Assembly (NCBI GenBank): GCA_963777165.1
Contig: CAVZPO010000029.1
Coordinates: forward strand, 12,389 to 76,388
Length of the DNA stretch: 64,000 nt
Direction of reading: 5' to 3'
DNA from: an uncultured Chloroflexia bacterium
Lineage (GTDB): Bacteria > Chloroflexota > Anaerolineae > Anaerolineales > E44-bin32
Positions 48,120-58,428 of this stretch are shown here, in pieces. Each line of letters begins with the position of its first letter. The first letter of the stretch is position 1. Under the pieces are notes generated by a model. That model saw only the letters and a program-made list of their open reading frames with translations, made no database searches and was not told the origin of the DNA. The translations under genes were made by a program, and so were the position numbers.

Positions 48120-48755
48120 ATGAAGTACACCGATCCGGTTTGTAAACTCTGCCGGCGTGAAGGCGAGAAGCTGTTCCTCAAAGGGCAGCGCTGCCTGACG
48201 CCGAAGTGCGCGTTCGAGCGGCGCGGGTTTCCCCCCGGCGAGCACGGCCGTGATGCGCAATTCCGACGCCGCCGGGTGTCCGACTACAGCCGCCAGCTGC
48301 GCGAGAAGCAGAAGGCGCGCCGGGTGTACAGCGTCACCGAGAAGCAGTTTCGACGCTACTACCGCGAGGCGCTCCGACGCCGCGGCGTGACCGGCGAGGT
48401 CCTGCTGCAGATGCTCGAGCGGCGCCTCGACAACACCGTCTACCGGCTGGGATTTGCCGAGAGCCGGCCCCACGCTCGCGCCCTGGTCTCGCACGGGCAC
48501 TTCAGCGTCAACGGTCGACGGACGGACGTCCCGTCGATGATCGTCCGCCCGGGCGATAACATCTCCGTTCGCGACGGGTCGCGGACGCGGGCCTACTTCA
48601 AGGACCTGGCGGCGGCCGCCGAAACTCGCACCGTGCCGCGCTGGCTGGAGCGGGACCTGAAGGCCCTGGCGGGCAAAGTGGTCCAGAACCCGGAACGGAC
48701 CGACATCGACGCCAACCTGCACGAGCAGTTGATCGTCGAGTTCTACTCGCGCTAG
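48120..48755 (+). CDS. rpsD: 30S ribosomal protein S4
   Basis: CKLCRREG, LERRLDN, IVEFYSR. Confidence 0.98.
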   Translation: MKYTDPVCKLCRREGEKLFLKGQRCLTPKCAFERRGFPPGEHGRDAQFRRRRVSDYSRQLREKQKARRVYSVTEKQFRRYYREALRRRGVTGEVLLQMLERRLDNTVYRLGFAESRPHARALVSHGHFSVNGRRTDVPSMIVRPGDNISVRDGSRTRAYFKDLAAAAETRTVPRWLERDLKALAGKVVQNPERTDIDANLHEQLIVEFYSR

Positions 48756-48810
48756 CCACATGGTTGGCGCGCGCCGCCTCTACGGAGGGGGCGCGACCTG
48801 GAGGGCGAAC

Positions 48811-49794
48811 GTGTCAGTCACCGGCACCATGGTCATGCCCAAGATCGAGCGCGAAGCCGTGGCCCGCAACTACGGCAAGTTCATCATCAGCCCGCTCGAG
48901 AGCGGCTACGGAATCACGGTCGGCAACGCCCTGCGCCGCATCCTGCTGTCTTCGCTGGATGGCGCGGCGGTGACGTCGATTCGCATCACCGACGTCTCCC
49001 ACGAATTCTCGGATATCCCCGGGGTGCGTGAGGACGTCCTGCAGGTGATGCTCAACATCAAGCAGCTGCGCCTGATCCTGCACGAGGGCGAGAGCGCCCG
49101 CCTGCGCCTGGAAGTTCAGGGCGAAGGCGTGGTCACGGCGGCCGACATCCTGGCACCGGCCGAAGCTGAGATCGTCAACCCGGAGCTGTACCTGTTCACG
49201 GTCGACGACGACAAAGCCCGGCTGGAAATCGAGATGACCGTCGGCACCGGCCGCGGCTACTCGCCGTCGGACGAACGCGGCCGCCTGCCGATCGGCGAGC
49301 TGCCGACCGACGCCATCTACGGTCCGGTCCGCCGGGTGCACTTCGAGGTCGGCCGGGCGCGCGTCGGGCAGGACACATCCTACGACCGGCTGCTGATCGA
49401 GATCTGGACCGACGGCACGATCAAGCCCGAACAGGCTTTGAGCCGCAGCGCCCAGATCCTGATGGCCCACCTGCGCGACATCGCCGGCGTGACCGAGGAG
49501 AGCCTGATGGCCGCCTCGGCGCACGAGGAAACGCCCAAGAAGGCCAGCGAGATGTATGAGATCCCGATCGAGAATCTCGACCTCTCGGTGCGGGTCTTTA
49601 ACTCGCTCAAGCGCACGGGCATTACCACGATCGGCGAAGTGCTCGACATGCTGGAGAAGGGGCCGGACGCCATGCTGTCCATCCGCAACTTCGGCGAGAA
49701 GAGCCTGGATGAGCTGAAGGAACGGCTGCGGGAGAAGGGCTACCTGGAGGACCAGGCGGAGCCGGCAGCCGCGGAAGCGGAGCAAGTGTCATGA
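48811..49794 (+). CDS. rpoA: RNA polymerase alpha subunit
   Basis: PLESGYGITVGNALRRILLSSL, LSVRVFNSLKR, NFGEKS; GTG start after GGAGGG. Confidence 0.98.
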   Translation: MSVTGTMVMPKIEREAVARNYGKFIISPLESGYGITVGNALRRILLSSLDGAAVTSIRITDVSHEFSDIPGVREDVLQVMLNIKQLRLILHEGESARLRLEVQGEGVVTAADILAPAEAEIVNPELYLFTVDDDKARLEIEMTVGTGRGYSPSDERGRLPIGELPTDAIYGPVRRVHFEVGRARVGQDTSYDRLLIEIWTDGTIKPEQALSRSAQILMAHLRDIAGVTEESLMAASAHEETPKKASEMYEIPIENLDLSVRVFNSLKRTGITTIGEVLDMLEKGPDAMLSIRNFGEKSLDELKERLREKGYLEDQAEPAAAEAEQVS

Positions 49795-50168
49795 GACATC
49801 GCATTGCTGGAGTACACCTCGGGAGATCGAGCGGCCACCGCACGGCGCTGCGCCGCAACCTGGTCACCGAATTCCTGCGCAATGAGAAGATGCGCACGAC
49901 GCGCGCCAAGGCCACGGCGATCCGCGGCCAGGCCGAGCGGATGATCACCTCCGCCAAGCGCGGGATCTCGGGCGGGGAGGCCAAGGCCATCCATGCCCGC
50001 CGGCTGGCGGCGGGCCGGCTCAACGACCCCGAGGTCGTCAAGAAGCTGTTCGATGACATCGCCAAGCGCTACACCGACCGCCCGGGAGGCTACACGCGCG
50101 TCATCAAGATCGGCGCCCGCCTGGGCGATGCGGCCGAGATGGTCATCCTCGAGCTGGTCGAGGAGTAG
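49791..50168 (+). CDS. rplQ: 50S ribosomal protein L17
   Basis: MRHR, RPGGYTRVIK, GDAAEM. Confidence 0.98.
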   Translation: MRHRIAGVHLGRSSGHRTALRRNLVTEFLRNEKMRTTRAKATAIRGQAERMITSAKRGISGGEAKAIHARRLAAGRLNDPEVVKKLFDDIAKRYTDRPGGYTRVIKIGARLGDAAEMVILELVEE

Positions 50169-50201
50169 TCCGGGGCGCGCCGCACGGCGGGGTGCACGCC
50201 C

Positions 50202-50939
50202 ATGCCAGCTTACCAATCGATCGTCGCTTACGACGGCACGGAGTTCCAGGGCTTCCAGCGACTGGCCGAAGGCCGGCGGACGGTGCAGGGCGTGCTGGAA
50301 GACGCACTGCGCCGCGTCGGCTGGACGGGAACCAGCTTGCTTGCAGCGGGGCGGACCGACGCCGGCGTGCACGCTCGCGGACAGGTGATTGCCTACGACC
50401 TGGCGTGGCGGCACGATACGGACACGCTCAGCCGTGCGCTGAATGCCCATCTGCCGGCCGATGTCGCCGTGCGGCATTCGTCCGAGGCGCCGGAGGGATT
50501 CCACCCGCGTTTCGCTGCCCGCCGGAGGATCTACCGCTATTCACTCCTGGTGGACGCCTGGCCCGATCCGCTGGCCGAACGGGTGGCCTGGAGACTGTGG
50601 CCCGAGCCGGACTTTGGGATCCTGAGCGCCGAGGCGGCTTGCACTCTGGGCCGGCATGACTTCGCCGCCTTCGGGCAGGCACCGATCCCAGGCGGCCACA
50701 CGCTCCGGGAGATCTTCGAGGCGAGCTGGGACCGCCGGGCCGGGGGCCTCATGTTCCAGGTGCAGGCGGATGCCTTCCTGCACCACATGGTCCGCCGGTT
50801 GGTTTCGGTCATGGTGGCGGCCGGGCAGGGACGCTGGCCCGTGGGGACGATGGCTGCTCTGGTGGCCGATCCCGCGCGGCGCTGGGAAGAGAAACCGGCG
50901 CCGGCACACGGGTTGTGCCTTGAGGCGGTCGTGTATTGA
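50202..50939 (+). CDS. truA: tRNA pseudouridine(38-40) synthase
   Basis: YDGTEFQGFQ, AGRTDAGVHA, FLHHMVR. Confidence 0.97.
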   Translation: MPAYQSIVAYDGTEFQGFQRLAEGRRTVQGVLEDALRRVGWTGTSLLAAGRTDAGVHARGQVIAYDLAWRHDTDTLSRALNAHLPADVAVRHSSEAPEGFHPRFAARRRIYRYSLLVDAWPDPLAERVAWRLWPEPDFGILSAEAACTLGRHDFAAFGQAPIPGGHTLREIFEASWDRRAGGLMFQVQADAFLHHMVRRLVSVMVAAGQGRWPVGTMAALVADPARRWEEKPAPAHGLCLEAVVY

Positions 50940-50988
50940 AGTTGGACGATCCAGTCGTGGGAATCCTCCACGACGTAAGGAGTAGGAC

Positions 50989-51420
50989 GTGCAGAAGACG
51001 TACTTCCCCAAAGCCAGTGAGATCACCCGAGAGTGGGTGCTGGTGGATGCCGATGGGCAAAACCTCGGCCGGCTGGCGACGCGCCTGGCGCGGACGCTGC
51101 TCGGCAAGGACAAGCCGACCTTCACCCCCGGCGCGGAGACGGGCGATTTCGTGATCGTCATCAACGCCGAGAAGATCACCGTGACCGGCAAGCGCCTGGA
51201 CGACAAGTTCTACTACCGCCATTCCGGCTACCCGGGCGGGATCAAGAAGATCAGCCTGCGCGAGCAGTTGAAGAAGCACCCGGAGCGCGTCATCACCGCG
51301 GCCGTGCGCGGGATGCTCCCCAAGAATCGATATGGGCGGTCTTTGCTCGGGCACCTGAAGGTATACGCCGGGGCAGAGCATCCCCATTCGGCACAAACGC
51401 CCAGGCCGCTCGGGGGCTAG
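50989..51420 (+). CDS. rplM: 50S ribosomal protein L13
   Basis: LGRLAT, HSGYPGG, GMLPKN. Confidence 0.98.
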   Translation: MQKTYFPKASEITREWVLVDADGQNLGRLATRLARTLLGKDKPTFTPGAETGDFVIVINAEKITVTGKRLDDKFYYRHSGYPGGIKKISLREQLKKHPERVITAAVRGMLPKNRYGRSLLGHLKVYAGAEHPHSAQTPRPLGG

Positions 51421-51466
51421 GGTCTGCGAAGGTCGAGCAGCGAGGACGGAGAGGAAGACAAGGCGA

Positions 51467-51856
51467 ATGGCAACATACTTCGAAGGGATCGGCCGTAGGA
51501 AATCCAGCCATGCCCGGGTGCGCATCTTCACCGGGTCTGGAAAGATCGTCGTCAACGAGAAGCTCCTGCTGGAATACTTCCCGCGAGTTGGCGACTCGGA
51601 GGCCATCGTGGCTCCGCTGCGCATCTCCGGCATGGAAGGCAAGCTCGACGTGACGGTCAAGGTCGAGGGCGGCGGGGTGACCGGTCAGACCGGTGCCGTG
51701 CGCCATGGCCTGGCCCGGGCACTGGTGTTGATGGATCCGGAGCTGCGGACCGCGTTGCGCGACGGGGGCCACCTGACGCGGGATGCCCGCGCCAAGGAGC
51801 GCAAGAAGCCAGGCCTCAAGCGGGCGCGCAAGGCTCCCACCTACACCAAGCGTTAA
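51467..51856 (+). CDS. rpsI: 30S ribosomal protein S9
   Basis: GRRK, GGGVTGQ, ERKKPGLKRARK. Confidence 0.98.
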   Translation: MATYFEGIGRRKSSHARVRIFTGSGKIVVNEKLLLEYFPRVGDSEAIVAPLRISGMEGKLDVTVKVEGGGVTGQTGAVRHGLARALVLMDPELRTALRDGGHLTRDARAKERKKPGLKRARKAPTYTKR

Positions 51857-51894
51857 CAGAACTACGGGGGTGATTCCCCTGAGTCATCGGTCAT

Positions 51895-51932
51895 CCGGCC
51901 GGGGAAGGGGGCTTCCCTGGCCGGTTGTCTTT
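51895..51932 (+). terminator. Intrinsic terminator after rpsI
   Basis: CCGGCCGGGGAAG-GGGG-CTTCCCTGGCCGG stem followed by TTGTCTTT. Confidence 0.65.
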
Positions 51933-51940
51933 CCCGGGAG

Positions 51941-53398
51941 GTGGCTGTGCCGCCAGGTGTGACTGTCGTCGGCCTGGGACCGGGCGATCCGGACCTGCTA
52001 ACCCGGCGCGCGTTCGACGTGCTGCGTCTCCAGGGCGAAGTCTACCTGCGCACCCGCCACCATCCGACGCTTGCCGGCCTACCGCCGGAGACGCGGGTCG
52101 AGGCGTTCGATGATCTGTACGAGCAATCGGACGATTTCGAGGCCGTGTACGCGCAGATCGTCGCCAGATTGATCGACCTGGCGCGCCGGCCGGCCGGTGT
52201 GGTGTATGGCGTGCCGGGCGATCCTTCGGTCGGCGAGGCGACGGTGCCGGCGCTGCGCCAGGCAGCCGCCTCGGCCGGCCTGTCGTTCGAGATCGTGCCG
52301 GGTGTCAGCTTCCTCGAACCCAGCCTGGCCGTCCTTGGACTCGATGCCCTCGACGGCCTGCAGGTGGCGGATGCGTTGGAGCTTGCCGCACGCCATCATC
52401 CTCCGCTGTCCCCCGACCGGCCGGCGATGATCGGGCAGGTGTACTCGGCGCTGGTGGCGGCCGATGTCAAGTTAACCTTGATGAACGCCTACCCGGACGA
52501 TCACCCCGTCGTCCTGCTTCACAGCACGGGGACCCGAGACGCCGTCCTGGAGCGATTGCCCCTGCACGAGATCGACCGCAGCCACGCCATCGGTCTGCGG
52601 ACGTCGTTGTATGTCCCCGCCAGGCCGCGGCGCAGCGCGCTCGAGTCCTTTCAGGAGACCGTCGCCCACCTGCGAGCGCCCGACGGATGTCCTTGGGATC
52701 GCGAACAGACGCATCAATCGCTGGCACCTCACTTGATGGAGGAGGCCTACGAGGCGCTGCAGGCCCTCGACGCCGAAGACATGGCCGGGCTGCGCGAGGA
52801 ACTGGGCGACCTGCTGCTCCAGATCGTGCTCCAGGCGCAGATCGCGGCGGAGGAAGGCGACTTCCAGATGAGCGACGTGATCGCCGGGATCGACGAGAAG
52901 CTGGTCCGGCGGCACCCGCATGTCTTCGGCGAGGTCCAGGTCTCAGGTGTGGAGCAAGTTCTGCACAACTGGGAAACGTTGAAGCGCGCCGAGCGGACGG
53001 AGAACGGGACCGACAAGGGGTTGTTGGACGGCGTGCCGCTCTCCCTGCCGGCGCTCGCCCAGGCGGCGGAGATCCAGGGCCGCGTGGCGCGCGTCGGATT
53101 CGATTGGCCGGGGTTGGAAGGGGTGCAGGCGAAGGTGGCGGAGGAGTTGAACGAGCTCTTGGAGGCGGAAGGGGAGGCCCGGCGTACGGCGGAGATGGGC
53201 GATGTGCTGTTCGCCATGGTGAACTACGCTCGGTGGCTGGGGGTGGATCCCGAATCGGCACTGCGCCAGGCGGCCAGGCGCTTTCGGCAGCGGTTCGGGG
53301 AGATCGAAGCGGCGGCCCATCGTACGGGCAAGTCGCTGGACGGGATGAGCGCCGACGAGATGGATCGTCTGTGGGAGGCGGCCAAGGAGCTTGAGTGA
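51941..53398 (+). CDS. mazG: Tetrapyrrole-methylase-like / MazG nucleoside triphosphate pyrophosphohydrolase fusion (YabN-like)
   Basis: VVGLGPGD N-terminus; GCPWDREQT, EEAYE, EELGDLL, RRHPHVFG, GFDW. Confidence 0.93.
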   Translation: MAVPPGVTVVGLGPGDPDLLTRRAFDVLRLQGEVYLRTRHHPTLAGLPPETRVEAFDDLYEQSDDFEAVYAQIVARLIDLARRPAGVVYGVPGDPSVGEATVPALRQAAASAGLSFEIVPGVSFLEPSLAVLGLDALDGLQVADALELAARHHPPLSPDRPAMIGQVYSALVAADVKLTLMNAYPDDHPVVLLHSTGTRDAVLERLPLHEIDRSHAIGLRTSLYVPARPRRSALESFQETVAHLRAPDGCPWDREQTHQSLAPHLMEEAYEALQALDAEDMAGLREELGDLLLQIVLQAQIAAEEGDFQMSDVIAGIDEKLVRRHPHVFGEVQVSGVEQVLHNWETLKRAERTENGTDKGLLDGVPLSLPALAQAAEIQGRVARVGFDWPGLEGVQAKVAEELNELLEAEGEARRTAEMGDVLFAMVNYARWLGVDPESALRQAARRFRQRFGEIEAAAHRTGKSLDGMSADEMDRLWEAAKELE

Positions 53399-53490
53399 GG
53401 GCGTCGGGCGCGGCTCGCTGCGCCGGGCGGATCGTCTCTGGGGGAACGTTGCGGGTTTGGGTGGACATCGCCAGCGGAGGTGTGTAGGCA

Positions 53491-55101
53491 ATGGCCAATG
53501 CCATCGGGTATCCCAGCCAGTACGACCTGGCCCATCACGGCCTGACCAACCTGAACATGGAATACTGGACCTTGCCGTCCCCGATGCTGGTCGAACGGAT
53601 CGTCCAGCGCCAGGAGGGCCAGTTGGCGCACCTCGGCCCGGTGGTCGTTCGCACCGGGCACCACACCGGCCGCTCGCCCAATGACAAATTCATCGTGCGC
53701 ACTCCGGCCACCGAGTCAGAGATCTGGTGGGGAAAGATCAACCGTCCGATGCCCCCGGAGAAATTCGAGCGCCTGCATTTGCGCATAGGGGCCTACTTTC
53801 AGGGCCGCGACGTCTACGTCCAGGACGCCTATGCCGGCGCCCACCCCGCCTACCGTGTTCCGATCCGCGTCATCACTGAGTATGCCTGGCACAGCCTGTT
53901 CGCCCGCAACTTGTTCCTGCGCCTGCCGATGGAAGCGCTGGCGGCCCACGTCCCCGAGTTCACCATCCTGGATGCGCCGCGCTTCCACGCCGTGCCGGAG
54001 GAAGACGGGACGAACTCGGAGGTCTTCATCGCCCTCAACCTCGAGAAGCGGCTGATCCTGATCGGCGGGAGCAGCTACGCCGGCGAGATCAAGAAGGCTG
54101 TCTTCACGGTCATGAACTATCTGCTGCCGCGCCAGGGTGTGCTTTCGATGCACTGCTCGGCCAACGTCAACGCCCAGGGTGCGGTGGCGTTGTTCTTCGG
54201 CCTGTCGGGGACGGGGAAGACGACCCTGTCGTCCGATCTCGAACGGCGCTTGATCGGCGATGACGAACATGGCTGGGGAGACGACGGGGTCTTCAATATC
54301 GAAGGCGGCTGTTACGCCAAGACGATCAACCTGCGCGCCGACCTCGAGCCGCTCATCTGGCAAGCCACGCGTCGCTTTGGGACCGTGCTCGAGAACGTGG
54401 CCGTCAACGTCGGGTCACGGCGGTTGGACTTCGACGACTCGGGCATGACCGAGAACACGCGCGCCGCCTACCCGATCGGCTTCATCGACAACCACGTGCC
54501 GGAGGGCCGCGCCGGGCACCCGACGCACATCTTCTTCCTGACGGCGGACGCCTCGGGGGTGCTGCCTCCGCTTGCCCGGCTGACCGACGAACAGGCGATG
54601 TACTACTTTCTCTCCGGCTACACCTCGAAACTCGCGGGGACAGAGAAAGGACTGGGCGCCGAGCCGCTGTCAACGTTCTCAACTTGCTTCGGGGCGCCAT
54701 TCCTCCCGCTTGCCCCGGGCGTGTATGCCCGGTTGTTGGGCGAGAAACTGGCGGGGCATCGTGCACAAGTCTGGCTGGTGAACACGGGTTGGACAGGCGG
54801 CCCCTTTGGGACCGGGAAGCGAATGCCACTTCCCTATACGCGAGCCATGGTGCGGGCGGTGCTGACCGGCGCGCTGGAGGATGTGCCCCTTCAGGTCGAT
54901 CCGTACTTCGGCCTGCGCCTGCCCGAGAGGTGCCCTGGGGTGCCGGCGGAGCTCCTGGACCCGAAGCAGACGTGGGGGGATGAGACCGGGTATGACCTTA
55001 AGGCGCGGACACTGGCCGCGCAGTTCCATCAGAACTTCGACCAGTTCCGCGACCGGGTGTCCGCCGAGGTGGCGGCTGCCGGGCCGCTGGCGGGGCGCTA
55101 A
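53491..55101 (+). CDS. pckA: Phosphoenolpyruvate carboxykinase (ATP)
   Basis: TGRSPNDK, YAGEIKK, GLSGTGKTTLS, LIGDDEHGW, EGGCYAK. Confidence 0.97.
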   Translation: MANAIGYPSQYDLAHHGLTNLNMEYWTLPSPMLVERIVQRQEGQLAHLGPVVVRTGHHTGRSPNDKFIVRTPATESEIWWGKINRPMPPEKFERLHLRIGAYFQGRDVYVQDAYAGAHPAYRVPIRVITEYAWHSLFARNLFLRLPMEALAAHVPEFTILDAPRFHAVPEEDGTNSEVFIALNLEKRLILIGGSSYAGEIKKAVFTVMNYLLPRQGVLSMHCSANVNAQGAVALFFGLSGTGKTTLSSDLERRLIGDDEHGWGDDGVFNIEGGCYAKTINLRADLEPLIWQATRRFGTVLENVAVNVGSRRLDFDDSGMTENTRAAYPIGFIDNHVPEGRAGHPTHIFFLTADASGVLPPLARLTDEQAMYYFLSGYTSKLAGTEKGLGAEPLSTFSTCFGAPFLPLAPGVYARLLGEKLAGHRAQVWLVNTGWTGGPFGTGKRMPLPYTRAMVRAVLTGALEDVPLQVDPYFGLRLPERCPGVPAELLDPKQTWGDETGYDLKARTLAAQFHQNFDQFRDRVSAEVAAAGPLAGR

Positions 55102-55152
55102 TCTCGCAAACGATTCTGTCAGCCCCGCGGGCCTTCCGAAGTCGTTCGAGAT

Positions 55153-55893
55153 CTAGAAGAGTGCCATTCCCAGTGCGACGGCGACCGCCGTCGTCGTCAG
55201 GTTATCGACGTCACGCAGGGGCAGCGCCTCGACCACCGTCGCTGCGACGGCTATGACGGCCGTCTTCCATGCCGCGATGGGCAGGCGCAAGACCGGATCG
55301 AACACGCCCCATCGATCGAACAGGGCGACGAAGGCGAAACCGAAGACGAAGCCGCCGATGAGCATGGCGGCCGAACCGGCCCATGACTTCGCGGCGTTGA
55401 ACGGCAGCTTCGCCTTACCCCACTTGCGTCCCACAAGATCGGCCAGCCCGTCACCCCCGCACATCAACATCAACGCCAGGATGCCCACCGGAGACGTGCG
55501 CCAGAAGGCCAGCGTGCACACGACGAAGACGAGGCCGTAGTAGAGCGGACCGCGCAGGATCTCGCGCCGGTCCCCGGTTCGGCTCATAGCCTTGACGGCA
55601 GCCGGGTCCTTGATCACGCCGGCCCCGACCAGGACGAACTGCGCCGTGATCGCCAGCGGAACCAGCGCTGCGAGGAACCTGGCGGCCGGTTGAGGGCTGA
55701 ACAAGGGCCAGCACAGGACGAAGATCGGGCCGGTGCCGATATGGATCAACTTGCGGCTGACCGCCTGGTCGAACACGCCCCGGGCAGCGAGAGTATCCAT
55801 CAGGCGCAGCCAGGCGAGTGCGACGGCGAACGTGATCAGCGTGGCGACGATGTCCTGCGCCCAGACGTTGCTGAAGAACGATGAAAGCCACAT
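55153..55893 (-). CDS. CTP-dependent polyprenol/phytol kinase family membrane protein
   Basis: SRKLIHIGTGP, LRGPLYYG, GDGLADLVG, KSWAGS, DNLT. Confidence 0.85.
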   Translation of the reverse strand: MWLSSFFSNVWAQDIVATLITFAVALAWLRLMDTLAARGVFDQAVSRKLIHIGTGPIFVLCWPLFSPQPAARFLAALVPLAITAQFVLVGAGVIKDPAAVKAMSRTGDRREILRGPLYYGLVFVVCTLAFWRTSPVGILALMLMCGGDGLADLVGRKWGKAKLPFNAAKSWAGSAAMLIGGFVFGFAFVALFDRWGVFDPVLRLPIAAWKTAVIAVAATVVEALPLRDVDNLTTTAVAVALGMALF

Positions 55894-56013
55894 GGGGTCC
55901 TCGCGCCTCGGTGTGCACCAGAGTAGCAGTGGGCAGGGCGGACGTCAAACCCGTTCTGGGTCTGGAGCGCGTCGGGCCGGAGCGCGGGTTCAGATCGACC
56001 TGACCGTTCAAGA

Positions 56014-56042
56014 TTGACCAAACACGGTCCAAATGGTAGTAT
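56014..56042 (+). promoter_or_regulatory. Promoter with overlapping GACC-N6-GGTC palindrome (candidate operator)
   Basis: TTGACC-17 bp-TAGTAT with extended TG; GACCAAACACGGTC at 56016-56029. Confidence 0.55.
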
Positions 56043-56050
56043 TAATGTCG

Positions 56051-56995
56051 ATGGACGACAAACGAATGGACGTCTCACGCAGGCTCTCGCTCACGCCGCA
56101 CTCTGTGGACCTGAACGCCTCGTCGAGCGACAGCCTGGCGCGTTTCTACGGCGACGCGCTGGGGTTTTCCGAGACTGCCGGCGAGGCCGGGTCGCGCGGC
56201 TTTGCCGCCGGCGACACGCCGATTCTCGCCACGACCCCGGCCTCCGCCCATGCGGCGCCGGCGCCGCGAGCGTCAGGGCTCTACCACCTGGCAATCCTGG
56301 TCCCGAGCCGATTGGATCTGGCCCGCGTCCTGCGCCGGCTGCTCGAGCGCGACGTCGCACTGCAGGGCGCCTCCGATCATGGGGTAAGCGAGGCGCTTTA
56401 CCTCGCCGACCCGGAAGGCAACGGCGTCGAGATCTACGCCGATCGCTCTCCCGAAGACTGGCCCCGAAGGGGTGGCGAGCTCGAGATGTTCACCAGGAGG
56501 TTTGACTTCGAAGGCGTGATGGGCGAGCTGCGCGCCGACGGCAGGCCGTGGGACGGCATGCCCGGCGGCACGCGGCTGGGTCATGTCCATCTGAAGGTAT
56601 CCGACCTGGGGCGCGCCGAGGCCTTCTATCGCGACGTGATCGGGTTCGATTTGATGCTGCGCTTCGGGGACAGCGCCTCCTTTCTGTCGACCGGCGGGTA
56701 CCATCATCACGTCGGGCTGAACACCTGGGAGAGCCTCGGGCGGGCGGCGCCGGCGCAGGGTGCGCCTGGCCTTCGACGGGTGACTTTCAACGTCGATGGC
56801 CCGGCGAGGCTCGGCTCAATCAAGGCGCGGGCAGAGGCCGCCGGGTTCCTGGCCGAGTCCCACCCCGGGCGCCTGGAGCTCACCGACCCGTCCGGCATCC
56901 GAATCGCCTTTGCGATCCAATCCGAAATCGGCAACGACACCGGGCCCATGACGGAACCGGCGCGCGACCTCGAAGAGGTGCATGCGGCCCGATGA
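56051..56995 (+). CDS. VOC-family protein (CatE-like catechol 2,3-dioxygenase/glyoxalase)
   Basis: GLYHLAILVP, GASDHGVSEALYLADPEGNGVEIY, GHVHL, GGYHHHVGLNTW. Confidence 0.9.
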   Translation: MDDKRMDVSRRLSLTPHSVDLNASSSDSLARFYGDALGFSETAGEAGSRGFAAGDTPILATTPASAHAAPAPRASGLYHLAILVPSRLDLARVLRRLLERDVALQGASDHGVSEALYLADPEGNGVEIYADRSPEDWPRRGGELEMFTRRFDFEGVMGELRADGRPWDGMPGGTRLGHVHLKVSDLGRAEAFYRDVIGFDLMLRFGDSASFLSTGGYHHHVGLNTWESLGRAAPAQGAPGLRRVTFNVDGPARLGSIKARAEAAGFLAESHPGRLELTDPSGIRIAFAIQSEIGNDTGPMTEPARDLEEVHAAR

Positions 56996-57150
56996 TCATC
57001 CTCTTCTAGTTCCTCCAAGTCCTGCTGGCGCTCCACTTCGTATCGACCGGCTTCATGCACTTCAACATCCCTCCGGGGCTGCACGCTCCGATGGCCTGGA
57101 GGTACGAGCTCCCAGGCGGCCCGAACGCCTTGAGCGGGGCGGCCCACATC
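56992..57150 (+). pseudogene. DoxX-family membrane protein remnant
   Basis: MIILF*FLQVLLALHFVSTGFMHF..PMAWRYELP; TAG at 57007-57009 where Trp is expected; ATGA overlap with the VOC gene. Confidence 0.6.
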
Positions 57151-57398
57151 CGGGCGCGTTCGTCACCTACGGCCGCTGGCGCCCCAAGCCGATTCCTGCG
57201 CGTCGTCACGCCTCACCCACATGAGTTGCCATCCTGGCTTGTGGTTGGAGATTCCCACTCGGCCCTCGACCCCGTGACGGAAGGACAGACACCTGTGCCT
57301 TCGCCCGCGGTCCTGCAGCATGCCCGGGCGGGTTCGCGACCTTTCCTGGAGGTCTGCGTATACTCTGATGAAGCCAAGTACCAGGACCGGAGGTCCGC

Positions 57399-58268
57399 AT
57401 GAAATCCCATCCCGTATTGCTCGCCTTGTCACTCACCTTGATGGCCACCCTGGCCTGCTCCGTCGCGATCCCATCGGTGGACATCATGACCGGCCCCGAG
57501 ACCGAGACAGTGATCGCAGTGCCGCGATTGTCGGACCCCTCGCAGGAGGCGTACGTGACGCTGGCCTTCGGCGCCAATGAATTGCGTCTCTCCCCTGGCG
57601 CAGAGCAGGGCCTGGTGAGCGGGACGGTCCGGACCAACTTGAAGGACTTCGAGCCCCGGGTGACGATCAACGGGGCCGACATCCGGATCGAGCAGGGCGA
57701 TCTCGACGTTCAGGGGCTGCCCAACTTCAGCGCTGATGATGTCATCAACCTTTGGGACCTCAAGCTGGGTGCCGACCCGATCCGCCTGCGGATCACCGGC
57801 GGTGCCTATCAGGGGGAGGTCGATCTTGGCGGACTGGCGCTGACTGACCTGTATGTCTCGGATGGCGCCGCGACGGTCAAGGTCGATTTCTCTGCCCCCA
57901 ATACTGTCGAGATGAGCAGCCTGCGCTACGAGACGGGCGCTTCGACTGTCGAGCTGCGCAATCTGGCCAACGCCAACTTCGCTTCGATGAACTTCCGCTC
58001 CGGCGCCGGCACGTACACGCTGGACTTCGGCGGGACGCTGCGGCAAGACGCACACATCGATATCGAGTCAGGCTTGAGCACGCTGACCATCGTCGTCCCT
58101 CAGGATACGGCGGCGGAGGTCGAGGTCTCGGGCGGGCTTTCGAGCGTCAATGCCAGCGGGGCGTGGGTGATGCGCGACAGCTCGCGCTACGAGATCGAAG
58201 GGGATGGTCCCCGGCTCCGGTTCGATATCACGATGGGTGCCGGGACGGTGAACCTGGAAACCCGCTGA
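57399..58268 (+). CDS. Lipoprotein with beta-rich toast-rack/LiaF-C-like repeats
   Basis: Lipobox TLAC; repeated GA..hxhDh units; GGAGG SD. Confidence 0.65.
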   Translation: MKSHPVLLALSLTLMATLACSVAIPSVDIMTGPETETVIAVPRLSDPSQEAYVTLAFGANELRLSPGAEQGLVSGTVRTNLKDFEPRVTINGADIRIEQGDLDVQGLPNFSADDVINLWDLKLGADPIRLRITGGAYQGEVDLGGLALTDLYVSDGAATVKVDFSAPNTVEMSSLRYETGASTVELRNLANANFASMNFRSGAGTYTLDFGGTLRQDAHIDIESGLSTLTIVVPQDTAAEVEVSGGLSSVNASGAWVMRDSSRYEIEGDGPRLRFDITMGAGTVNLETR

Positions 58269-58428
58269 CGGCTGCCCGTTCTGGAGGGCTGTGCCGATGG
58301 CGCAGGCGCACGCAGCCTGCGCCGTTTGTCGATTTTGCCCTGCCCCTGTCGGCCAGGAACCGAGTACACTCCTGTGATCTACGCGGCCATGCCGCCATAC
58401 CCCACTCGATCCGAGGAGGAGATCCGTC

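Noticed and set aside
57007-57009. Amber readthrough (pyrrolysine or stop-codon recoding) in the DoxX gene
   Set aside because: TAG is used as a normal stop in many ribosomal genes here and the downstream sequence also degenerates
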